A stretch of 64,000 nucleotides of DNA, taken from assembly GCA_011605725.1 (NCBI GenBank), contig JAAOZP010000017.1, forward strand, positions 32,001 to 96,000. Direction: 5' to 3'. Source of the DNA: Nitrososphaerota archaeon (GTDB taxonomy: Archaea > Thermoproteota > EX4484-205 > JAAOZP01). The notes beneath the pieces are model-generated. The model was not told the origin of the DNA and searched no databases. It saw only the letters and a list, made by a program, of their open reading frames with translations. A program made the position numbers and the translations under genes. Positions 29,311 through 38,262 of the stretch are shown piece by piece; position 1 is the stretch's first letter; each line of letters begins with the position of its first letter.

Positions 29311-30575
29311 CTGAACTTCATCCATCCCTCCATTCTTTCCCAGCTCCACCTGAAACCCTCTGGAACAGCATAGCCGTAAACTATGCATCCCCTCCAAACC
29401 GAATACTTGGGAGAACTCGCCATCACGACCCCTGCTTCCGAAACTCCTTTCTCACCGAGCATAATCTTAATCTTGTCAACCGAATTTACACAGGCGTCTT
29501 CAAGACCTGGAGGAACCTTCCATTCAAAGTTTCCGCCGGACAGTATTATCTGCCTGTACAAGTATGGTTGAAGCTCAACCGGGCATTTCTCAATCGACTG
29601 AACTATTGCCTCAGCCATGTCAACCATACCTAGGAAAAAAGTGTCTCCAACCTTAACATCCCCAGGCCTAGGCATCCCCCTTGCAAAATAGCTTTGAAAA
29701 ACCTCGTGATTAGGGTTAAAAACATACTCGCCTATGAGGAACCTGAGCCAACCGTTATCCTCAAGCGTGATCCTCAGCCTGGTTCCAGGTATGTTTATCA
29801 CTGATGCAAGCTTATCAGGGTTCTCCTTTCCAAACCGGATTGCCTCCTCCAGCCTTCTCGGCACCAAGCCAACCTGCTCCTTCACCTGTCTGACAACAGT
29901 CTCCTCCTTAGCAAGATCACCGTATCCACTGTCCTTCAATATCTCTGCCGTTATTGAGTTAGCATCTCCACCACCCCTGTTTAAAGCTATGATTGCAGTT
30001 CTGACGGGATATCTCGAGATCGGGGTTATCTGCGTATTGCCGTGGCCGGATTCTACGACAACACTCGTCGGAACCTTATGGGATATTGCAACCGCCAGGG
30101 GCTGCGGGATTATCGTGGCTGCCGCAACATTATGCTCCTCCGAATCTATTCTCCTGTAGATGTCGAACAGTTTTTCATACATGTATCTCGGCGCGACTGC
30201 TGACAGGGATGCTACAACGTAAAAACCGTTGAAGCCCTCCTCCTTAGGAGTGAATTCTCTCAACGCCATTCGGGAAACCTCTTCGACAACCTGCCAAGCT
30301 CTAGTGTCATTCTTATCTATCACACCGTTTCTGAAAGGATAGACGAGTCTTGACGCCAAGTCTTCCCTTGCCTCCAGGTAGAGCGGGATATCCTTGCCGA
30401 CTACAACCTCCTTACCCTCACCCATTATCCTAGTCATTATCGCATCCTTATCCGGAAAATACCCTCTGTTCTCCGTCAGCTCCGGTGTTTCCCCAAGCGA
30501 GATCGGGCCATACTTGAAGAAACTAGTACCATAATCCATTCCCATTACGTGTGAACGCTTATACGCCTCGGACAA
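29307..30575 (-). CDS. Crenactin (archaeal actin)
   Basis: DYGTSFFKYGPI, IIPQPLAVAI, VESGHGNTQITPIS, ALNRGG, GLVPRRL, RFLIGEYVFNPNHE, IILSGG, YSVWRG..YGYA.P...W....EGW all match crenactin. Confidence 0.96.
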   Translation of the reverse strand: MSEAYKRSHVMGMDYGTSFFKYGPISLGETPELTENRGYFPDKDAIMTRIMGEGKEVVVGKDIPLYLEAREDLASRLVYPFRNGVIDKNDTRAWQVVEEVSRMALREFTPKEEGFNGFYVVASLSAVAPRYMYEKLFDIYRRIDSEEHNVAAATIIPQPLAVAISHKVPTSVVVESGHGNTQITPISRYPVRTAIIALNRGGGDANSITAEILKDSGYGDLAKEETVVRQVKEQVGLVPRRLEEAIRFGKENPDKLASVINIPGTRLRITLEDNGWLRFLIGEYVFNPNHEVFQSYFARGMPRPGDVKVGDTFFLGMVDMAEAIVQSIEKCPVELQPYLYRQIILSGGNFEWKVPPGLEDACVNSVDKIKIMLGEKGVSEAGVVMASSPKYSVWRGCIVYGYAVPEGFRWSWERMEGWMKFR

Positions 30576-30703
30576 TTCTCTTCACACTCTACTACCTATA
30601 CTCCTTTTTAAACCATTTAAAAAAGGTAATGGGCGGAGCCTCCTAGCTTACCAACCCCCCCTAGCCGTCCTTTAAAAACCTTATAAGACAATGGTTCAGC
30701 AAG

Positions 30704-31225
30704 CTAAATACCCAGTAGGCTTCTAAGCATTTCTGAAACAGTCCTACTTCTAACCGTTTTCCCGGAAAGAATCTTTGAAGCCAGGTTCATCCCCCTGTTT
30801 GGTTTGAAAAGCCTGTAGGAGAAAGTGGCGACCCCCTTATCGGGATAGGTTGAAACCCTGACTCCAACCCCCTCAACATAAAAGTTTTCACCCATTCCTT
30901 GAAGATGCTCGATACTACCCTTGACAGTAAAGTAGACTTCAACATAATCGCATAATTCAAGAATAGTGTTAACAATACTGTCAGCGATCAACGGGCTTCT
31001 TAAACCGGTGAAATGGAGTGAAACGTGAAGGGTTTTCTCAAGCTCCTCCTCATGGAAAAGCGTCATGCTGAAACCCTCGTAAACCTCCGTCCGGAGCCTT
31101 GTAGAAACATGTTTAGAAATCTTCTTAAGAGCTTCGATAAGCAATCGCCAGTATCCGGCTTGCTCCTTGCCAAAATAAGCCTCCACCCTCATGAAATACT
31201 CCTGTTTCTCCGGCTGGCTGGCCAT
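30704..31225 (-). CDS. Hypothetical protein upstream of crenactin
   Basis: 173-aa ORF with typical codon usage and alternating alpha/beta pattern; no family recognised. Confidence 0.7.
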   Translation of the reverse strand: MASQPEKQEYFMRVEAYFGKEQAGYWRLLIEALKKISKHVSTRLRTEVYEGFSMTLFHEEELEKTLHVSLHFTGLRSPLIADSIVNTILELCDYVEVYFTVKGSIEHLQGMGENFYVEGVGVRVSTYPDKGVATFSYRLFKPNRGMNLASKILSGKTVRSRTVSEMLRSLLGI

Positions 31226-31278
31226 CAGCCTGATGACTCTAACAGAAGGAGATTTAAAACATTATCTGCACCATCTAC

Positions 31279-31680
31279 TTAATCCTCCTGCCACTGAAAA
31301 CAGCTTACCAACAGCCTTCTCCAGTTTTCCCAGGTCCATCCGTATTTAATCTGCACGCGAAAAGGATATAGAATCGGAATTCCGTAAACGGTCGTCAACG
31401 GGGTTTCAACCGTAGACGCGAATCCTAGCAGCGCCATCGTAAGGCTCAGCCTCTCGACGAATAATTATTTGTTGTGTAGTATCGTCGTTAATGCCGGAGT
31501 AAAATTATGATTAGCTCTTAATACTTGTGAAGCCGAGTAGGTTGGCTAGCGCGCGCTAATCCAGGCTTCCAGGATTTTTAAGAATAGTAGTCGCAAGAAC
31601 ACGTTGACAAACAAGAATAATAGCGCTCTAGAGCAATACTCTAACGATGTTTTTACCGTGAAAACGGCAATTCTTAAGTA
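31279..31680 (-). pseudogene. Possible decayed membrane-protein gene remnants
   Basis: Interrupted frames give YLRIAVFTVKTSLEYCSRALLFLFVNVFLRLLFLKILEAW (like an ABC-2 permease N-terminus) and a later hydrophobic fragment; stops and no clear start. Confidence 0.25.
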
Positions 31681-31824
31681 TCAACTAATGATTTATTGAC
31701 ATCCACTTATATTTAAACTAGGGGTTCTCCGGTTTTCCAAGATCCTTTTTGACACCACTCTCTGGAAAACCTAGGCTGAACCATAAAGGTTTTAAACACT
31801 GAGTTTTCGAATGGGTGCTAGAGC

Positions 31825-33498
31825 TTGCCAGCCGTCGAAACCAGGAAAACTATCGGGTTGAAAAAGGTATGGAGCAGGATTATCGCTCGGCTGGACAAGC
31901 TTTCCGAGAAAAAAACAGTCGTGTACTCTCTTTACTTCGCTTCAATAATATTCTTCCTCGGAATCATTCTCCTCCCCTCTCTGCTCGGAATCCTGCTTAA
32001 GCTTGATACAGCCATGAGCGTGTTGTCAGATCCAGAACTACTGAAGAGATCTTTTTCAGCAATCTTCTCCTCTGTAATCTTGGCCAGCATAGTCTCGGTT
32101 CTGGATGTGGTAACCGGGTTGCCCCTGGCCTGGGTTATTGCCAGGAAGAAATACCGATGGTTAAGCATCGTAGACTCTCTCGTGGACTTTCCTCTTATAG
32201 TCCCCACGGTAATACTTGGTTATTCGACGCTCCTCCTCTGGTGCGAGGAAACACCTTTCTCCATCATCGGTTTTAACGGTATTTCACCAGGTTTCATAAC
32301 TGTTTTACTCCTTCATTTCGCCTTCTCCTACCCTGTGGTTGTAAGGATTCTCGTCGGCAAGCTTCTTGACATAGAAGCTACGTACGAGGTTGCCGCCAGA
32401 ACTCTTGGCGCATGCTCCTTCACCACGGCGAGGACAATAACGATACCCATGCTTAAATCCGGAATAATCGCTTCATTAATCCTGTCTTTCGCAAGATCGC
32501 TCTCTGAAACCGGGGCGACCATAATGGTTGCAGGAAGTTTTGAAAACGGCCCAGTGTTCATAAAGAAATCAATAGATGCGGGACTAGTTCCCCCCATGGT
32601 TTTCGTAAGCCTCGTCCTAATAGTTTTCTCAATACTGATACTAGCGGGTTTGAGACTGTTCGGCTTCAAGTTGAAAATACCCTTTAGGAAGTCTTACAGA
32701 ATCGAGGCAGCTTTAAGCGTGGAGCGCGTCACCCGCCTTAGAGACGCGTCTGCAATAATCATCTTCCTGTTTCTCGTCTTCTTACCCGCTTGCTTCATGG
32801 TCCTATCCAGAATGCATTTAATGCTTTCCAGCAGCTTGCTGGGAGAAATTTTCACCCTCCAAGGAGCATGGTTCACATACTGGGTGAGCGTGCTGAACTC
32901 TTACGTAATAGGCTTCTTGACAACTTTAATCAACATTGTGTTCACCCTGCCGATGGCGACGATAATCGTCAGGAGAAAACTTGGAGGCTTGGTTTCAAGA
33001 ACTCTGGAGGCTTTAAGCACAACGTCCATAATAATGCCCTCAGTCGCCCTAGGGGTTTCACTGAGCCTCTTCTGGGGAACCACAGGGGTATCGGATTTCA
33101 TTCTTGTTCTCCTAGCACACCTGTGTATCACCTACCCCTACATGGTTTCAACAATGGTTTCAGTTCTAGAAGATATTCCGGTGGAGCTTGAGGAAGCTGG
33201 AAGAACTCTTGGGGGCACGCCTTTCAAAGTCTTTAGGTCAATCGTGCTTCCGGTAGCGAAGTACTCCTTCCTCTCCGGGGTAATTCTCACCTTCACGAGA
33301 AGCGTGAACGAAACCGGCGCTACCTTAGCGGTTTCAAAAACGTTTAAAACAGTGTCAGTATTGCTGGTTGAATGGGTTAAGGCGCCAGGGATGAAGGTTG
33401 AAGCCGGCGCCGGCACTATGGTGCTCATGCTTCTCTCAATAATCCTCCTCGTAATCTTCAGATACATCTACACGAAGGGGGGTGGCGGGGTTGCCTAA
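31825..33498 (+). CDS. ABC importer permease, two fused domains (molybdate/sulfate/Fe3+ class)
   Basis: Two EAA motifs (EVAARTLGA, EEAGRTLGG); FARSLSETGAT and FTRSVNETGAT. Confidence 0.88.
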   Translation: MPAVETRKTIGLKKVWSRIIARLDKLSEKKTVVYSLYFASIIFFLGIILLPSLLGILLKLDTAMSVLSDPELLKRSFSAIFSSVILASIVSVLDVVTGLPLAWVIARKKYRWLSIVDSLVDFPLIVPTVILGYSTLLLWCEETPFSIIGFNGISPGFITVLLLHFAFSYPVVVRILVGKLLDIEATYEVAARTLGACSFTTARTITIPMLKSGIIASLILSFARSLSETGATIMVAGSFENGPVFIKKSIDAGLVPPMVFVSLVLIVFSILILAGLRLFGFKLKIPFRKSYRIEAALSVERVTRLRDASAIIIFLFLVFLPACFMVLSRMHLMLSSSLLGEIFTLQGAWFTYWVSVLNSYVIGFLTTLINIVFTLPMATIIVRRKLGGLVSRTLEALSTTSIIMPSVALGVSLSLFWGTTGVSDFILVLLAHLCITYPYMVSTMVSVLEDIPVELEEAGRTLGGTPFKVFRSIVLPVAKYSFLSGVILTFTRSVNETGATLAVSKTFKTVSVLLVEWVKAPGMKVEAGAGTMVLMLLSIILLVIFRYIYTKGGGGVA

Positions 33499-34585
33499 AG
33501 TCGTGTTGGAAAAAGTTTCTAAAAAGTTTGGAAGAATCACCGCTTTAAATGAGATAAATCTGATGCTTGAGGATGGAGAATACAGTTGTATCCTGGGCCC
33601 CACCGGAAGCGGTAAGACCACTCTTCTCAAGATCATAGCAGGACTTGTAGAACCGGATTCCGGCGATGTTTACATAGATGGTAGGCGGGTTACTGGAACA
33701 CCGGCTGAAACAAGAAACGCTGTCTACATGCATCAAAACTACGCCCTCTTCCCCCACTTAACAGTCAGCCAGAACATAATCTTCGGCCTAACGGCAAGGG
33801 GTTTCAGTGAAGAGGATGCCAGGAGAAAGGTTTCCGAGGTTCTTGAAATAGTTAGGCTCAGAGAATGGGCAGACGCCTATCCGAGAGAACTCAGTGGAGG
33901 GATGCAGCAGAGAGCCGCCTTAGCAAGGTGCTTAGCAACCGGGGCACGGCTCCTACTTCTGGATGAGCCTCTGGGCGCGCTTGACGCCAGGCTTAGGCTG
34001 GAGGTTAGAAGAGAGCTGAGCAGAATAGCTGAGGAGCTTAACCTCACAGTGGTTCACGTTACCCACGACCAATCGGAAGCCCTGTCTCTCGCAGACAGGT
34101 TAATCCTCATGAGGAATGGGAAAATCGTCCAGGCGGGTCCTCCCGAGGAAGTCTACTTTAAGCCCAACAGTATTTTTTCAGCGTATTTCGTAGGGGAAAG
34201 CATTTTCCTTGAAGGCATTATTAGGAGTGTTAATGGGCGAAACGTCACGCTGGAGCTTAAAAACGGCATGGCTATCGAAGCATTGTCCGATGACAGTTTC
34301 AACATGGGAGAGCTGGCTGTAGCTGCCGTAAGATGTGAAGACATTGAGGTGGGTGGAGGACCGTTAACAGGAAGCCTTAAAGAAGTCAACTTTCTCGGCA
34401 GCTTCGCAAAGCTGGTTTTCGAGCTGCCAAGAGGGTTGAAAATAATCGTGAACATACCGTTGTCAAGATTCATAAAGGAGGAGTTCAGGATTGGAGCAAG
34501 TTTCCAGCTGTCAATACCTAGGGAAAAAGTCCACCTGTTTAAGCCGCCTTCCAAGGGTTTGGCTGGAGAGATTGAGGCTGTCTGA
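33482..34585 (+). CDS. ABC importer ATP-binding subunit 1 (with TOBE domain)
   Basis: GPTGSGKT, LSGGMQQR, LLLDEP, VTHDQ. Confidence 0.92.
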   Translation: MAGLPKVVLEKVSKKFGRITALNEINLMLEDGEYSCILGPTGSGKTTLLKIIAGLVEPDSGDVYIDGRRVTGTPAETRNAVYMHQNYALFPHLTVSQNIIFGLTARGFSEEDARRKVSEVLEIVRLREWADAYPRELSGGMQQRAALARCLATGARLLLLDEPLGALDARLRLEVRRELSRIAEELNLTVVHVTHDQSEALSLADRLILMRNGKIVQAGPPEEVYFKPNSIFSAYFVGESIFLEGIIRSVNGRNVTLELKNGMAIEALSDDSFNMGELAVAAVRCEDIEVGGGPLTGSLKEVNFLGSFAKLVFELPRGLKIIVNIPLSRFIKEEFRIGASFQLSIPREKVHLFKPPSKGLAGEIEAV

Positions 34586-34587
34586 AA

Positions 34588-35664
34588 ATGCCCAGCGTTA
34601 AAGTTGAGAGTGTCACGAAAAGATTCGGAGGATTTACCGCCCTAGAGAAAGTGAGTATAAACATTGAGGATAGGGAGTATGTCTCCATAATAGGTCCTTC
34701 AGGATGTGGCAAAACAACTTTACTGAGAATAATTGCAGGCATAATACGTGATTACGAGGGCCATGTTTACGTTGATGGGAGGCTTTTCGACAGTGAGCCT
34801 CTGGAGAAGAGGGGAATAGGATACGTGTTCCAAAACATTGCTTTATTTCCAAACATGAATGTTGGTGGAAACGTTTCTTACAGTCCCAGGGCTAAGGGGT
34901 TGGATAAGAGCGTTGTGAGAACAACCACCATAGAGATGCTTGAGCTTATGAAACTGACGGAACGCTACTACGATTACCCGAGGTCTTTAAGCGGGGGAAT
35001 GCAGCAGAAGACAGCTTTAGCTAGGGCATTAGCATCAAACGCTAGGCTCCTGCTACTGGACGAGCCGCTCTCGCTCTTAGACTTGAAAGTTAGGACTGAG
35101 CTAAGATACGAGCTTAGAAGAATAGTTAAAGATCTTGGATTAACAGCGATCCATGTAACTCACGACCAGGAGGAGGCCATGGCTATCTCAGATAGGATAA
35201 TAGTTATGAGGAGGGCTCGCGTCGTTGAAGACGGCACCCCGTTAGACCTTTACCTTCATCCCAAGAGGATCTTCACAGCCTACTTCCTTGGCGAATCCAA
35301 TATTTTCGAAGGAAACGTTGCTGAGGCTGATGAAGACACGGTTTCGATCGATGTTGGAAGCCTTTTGATCAAGGCTAGGAATACGGGGTTCCAGACTGGG
35401 GAGAGGGTCGTAGCGATGTTGAGGCCTGAGCTGGTTGAGCTTGGGGGAGATATTAACGCAAGGGTTTTGAAGAAAACGATAGAGGGATTGTTCAGCCGGA
35501 TTATCCTAGATGTTAACGGAATCAAGATAATTATTAAGCAACCATACTCGATTGTTTCAGGGATAGGTGAAGGCTCTTATGTAAAGATAAGGCTTCCTGA
35601 GAAGCATATTCTAGTTTATAAGTATCCAGGGAGAGACTTATATAGCGAGCTCTCGCTCTATTAG
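34588..35664 (+). CDS. ABC importer ATP-binding subunit 2 (with TOBE domain)
   Basis: GPSGCGKT, LSGGMQQK, LLLDEP, VTHDQEEA. Confidence 0.92.
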   Translation: MPSVKVESVTKRFGGFTALEKVSINIEDREYVSIIGPSGCGKTTLLRIIAGIIRDYEGHVYVDGRLFDSEPLEKRGIGYVFQNIALFPNMNVGGNVSYSPRAKGLDKSVVRTTTIEMLELMKLTERYYDYPRSLSGGMQQKTALARALASNARLLLLDEPLSLLDLKVRTELRYELRRIVKDLGLTAIHVTHDQEEAMAISDRIIVMRRARVVEDGTPLDLYLHPKRIFTAYFLGESNIFEGNVAEADEDTVSIDVGSLLIKARNTGFQTGERVVAMLRPELVELGGDINARVLKKTIEGLFSRIILDVNGIKIIIKQPYSIVSGIGEGSYVKIRLPEKHILVYKYPGRDLYSELSLY

Positions 35665-35665
35665 G

Positions 35666-36358
35666 TTGAAAATGCCGTACAGAGACATGGAAGAATGGCT
35701 TAAGGATAGGAGGAAGGCCAGGGTTCTGGATCTTCTGGCTTCCCACGCAGACAAAGTTTTTCAAGTAGTCGATGAGCTTCTGAAGATTACTAAGGCCTCC
35801 ATGAATGCTTTAGACTCAGAGGTAAAAACCGTATTTGCTAGACAGGACCAAATGGAAAGAGAAGCCGATTTCCTTAGGAGAAAGGTGATGGATGAGATTG
35901 CTAGAAGCGAGCTTCCACCGGATATGAAAAAATATTTCATGGAGCTTTCGAAGGAAGTCGACATGGTTGCGGACTATGCTCATGGGGCGGGCAGGATACT
36001 TACTTTCCTGCCTTTAAGCAGCTTGAAACACGGTATAAAGGATAAGATAGAGCAGATGTGCGTGAAGACTCGAGGATGCGCCTTAAACCTTAGAGACGCG
36101 TTGGCAGCGTTATCATCTATGGATTATGATAAAGCAGTTTACTTAAGCGATGAAGTTGAAAAAGGCGAGGAGGAGGTGGATATGCTTTTCACGGAAGCCA
36201 GAGGGATACTGTTAAACGAAGAATACTCTAATATGGATCCAAGGATACTGTTATTTCTTTCAAATTTTTTAAAGGAGATAGAGGATACGTGCGACAGATG
36301 CGAAGACTCCATAGACCACTTAAGAGTCCTTCTCGTAGGCCTAACTAAACCAATATGA
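35666..36358 (+). CDS. DUF47 / PhoU-like phosphate transport regulator
   Basis: All-helical with duplicated E.EAD / EEEVD and D..AD / D.CEDS.D motifs. Confidence 0.85.
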   Translation: MKMPYRDMEEWLKDRRKARVLDLLASHADKVFQVVDELLKITKASMNALDSEVKTVFARQDQMEREADFLRRKVMDEIARSELPPDMKKYFMELSKEVDMVADYAHGAGRILTFLPLSSLKHGIKDKIEQMCVKTRGCALNLRDALAALSSMDYDKAVYLSDEVEKGEEEVDMLFTEARGILLNEEYSNMDPRILLFLSNFLKEIEDTCDRCEDSIDHLRVLLVGLTKPI

Positions 36359-36361
36359 ACG

Positions 36362-37939
36362 TTAGGCACCGATTTTCTTCACAACCCCGAGGCCTCTGGT
36401 TCTCCCCTCTCTGAAAATAAATGTGTCTCCAACCCTTATGTATTCAGGCCTCTTTATGAATTCAAACTCAACGATATCCGTGTCCCCAGTCCTTAGAGCT
36501 GGTTTCCTCATCCTGACTATTCTCGCAGCCTGCTTAACAGTCCTAGTCTGTATAACAGGCTCGTAGCCTAGCATTATGGTAGTCGGATGGTGCAGTATTC
36601 TAATTTCAGCAGTGAACCGTCTCACGGCATAGGCTTTAGCTCCAACATCAAGCAGAACCATTCCGGTCCTAATCTCATCATAGTCAACATTGGTTATTGC
36701 TAACGCGGCTATTTGGCCGGCAATAGCCTTTTCAACATGAACCCTGTTTACGTGAATAGACTTAACCCTTACTGTTCTAAAAGAACCGTCTTCGAAAGGC
36801 CCGAGTAGAAGCATCTCATCCCTCTTAACAATCCCCTGCTCGACAAGGCCGCCTACAACAAGGCCAACACCCTCTACATAAAACTTCTCATCGATAAAGC
36901 AGAGGGTTTCCATGTTGGACTTTTCAGCCCAGTCTGTTTTAGGTGGGAGAGCATTTAAAAAGGCTTTCAACTCAGCTAAACCTCTTCCAGTGATGTTTGA
37001 AACTAAAAATATCGGACAAACCCTAAGATGCGGCATCACTCTTGACGCAAGAGAAGCATCGCCACCGCTTTTAATCAGGAACGGTATCTTGTTAACGCCG
37101 GGAAGCTTTAGAATTGTTTCAATATCGTTAAGAGTTCTTGAGAGAACTTCCGGCGGGGTAATATCTATCTTAGTCACAACTATGAAGACAGGTATTTTCA
37201 GGGCAACGGATAACCCAAGGTGTTCCCTAAAAGTCCCTATTGGGCCAGCATTGCTTCCTACAACTATACAGACGTAATCAGGAAGATTACCGAGAATACC
37301 TCTTATAGTTGTTTTTAAATATTTTTCATGACCTGCTAAATCTATGAGAGAAATGATCTTTGAACCGTTCAGAAAAATTTTAGATTCATCGTAAGAACTC
37401 ATGGAATCGTTTATCGAACAACCTTTAGAGTCGAAACCTAGAAGGTGGATTGAAACCGAAGAGGATCTTCTAAACTTAATCTCATGAAGATATCTTGCAA
37501 CCATGCTCATTGCTGCACCATTACCATCATCGAGTCTACCAGATATTAACACTCCTTTTAACGTAGACTTCCCGGAGTCCACGTTTCCCAAGAGGGCTAC
37601 TGAGACCTGAACAGGTGGAAAATCCGTAGTTCTTCGCACGAGTACTTCAAACACTTTACCCCTTCTGCCTTTTTCAACCCTGGTAATCATACAGGAGGCG
37701 CCTATCGTTTTAGCTATAGTATCTAATGCCTTCAAAGACTCTTCTGCTTCTTCATCCGTAAGACCGACGGCTTCACCCTCATCACTTACCCCTATCTCGT
37801 AGAAAGCCTCGCCCCTGCCTTCGTTAAGCCTGTAATTCAACTGGGTGGCGAGCTGCTGAAGCCTCTTTTCATCACTCGGGTTCAGCAGAAGCTTATACTC
37901 TACGTTCCCCTCCTCTTTTTCTTTCTCCAAACTTTCCAC
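36362..37939 (-). CDS. GTPBP1/GTPBP2-family translational GTPase
   Basis: EGNVEYKL..LATQL.YRL.EG.GEA.YEIGV.D N-domain, GNVDSGKST, DLAGHEKY, TKID, HHPTTI, FREGRTRGLG. Confidence 0.92.
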   Translation of the reverse strand: MESLEKEKEEGNVEYKLLLNPSDEKRLQQLATQLNYRLNEGRGEAFYEIGVSDEGEAVGLTDEEAEESLKALDTIAKTIGASCMITRVEKGRRGKVFEVLVRRTTDFPPVQVSVALLGNVDSGKSTLKGVLISGRLDDGNGAAMSMVARYLHEIKFRRSSSVSIHLLGFDSKGCSINDSMSSYDESKIFLNGSKIISLIDLAGHEKYLKTTIRGILGNLPDYVCIVVGSNAGPIGTFREHLGLSVALKIPVFIVVTKIDITPPEVLSRTLNDIETILKLPGVNKIPFLIKSGGDASLASRVMPHLRVCPIFLVSNITGRGLAELKAFLNALPPKTDWAEKSNMETLCFIDEKFYVEGVGLVVGGLVEQGIVKRDEMLLLGPFEDGSFRTVRVKSIHVNRVHVEKAIAGQIAALAITNVDYDEIRTGMVLLDVGAKAYAVRRFTAEIRILHHPTTIMLGYEPVIQTRTVKQAARIVRMRKPALRTGDTDIVEFEFIKRPEYIRVGDTFIFREGRTRGLGVVKKIGA

Positions 37940-38262
37940 TAGATTATTTAGGAAGTTAATTAACTTTATCGGTTGTTGCTTCCGGACATAAAAATAAGAG
38001 CATACGTTGATAGACAGGAACGGGGCTTTTTAATTTAACACGGTTATAATATTGCCGAATACCGTTGGAAAAACTTATGAACAGTTTAAGTAGAAAGGGC
38101 GGTGAAACGTGAGGAGAAGAGGGTCGAGGGATGTAAAAACAGATGACCTCAACTTACCCATCTGACTTCCTAGATTTTTAGCAAGTAGGATGAAAACATT
38201 TATTTTAAAAACGACAACAGGATGTTTAAAAAGATGGTTAAAGTCTGGGGAGGTTTAGAATA

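Noticed and set aside
29311-29397. N-terminal extension of the arcadin-2 ORF given in the ORF track
   Set aside because: It overlaps the conserved crenactin C-terminus; the ATGA overlap at 29307-29310 is the more plausible start.
30704-31225. Calling this ORF arcadin-1
   Set aside because: Length and sequence do not match arcadin-1 as I recall it; left as hypothetical.
38109-38165. C/D-box-like element upstream of rgy (GTGAGGA...CTGA)
   Set aside because: Internal D'/C' boxes are poor and the spacing is irregular.
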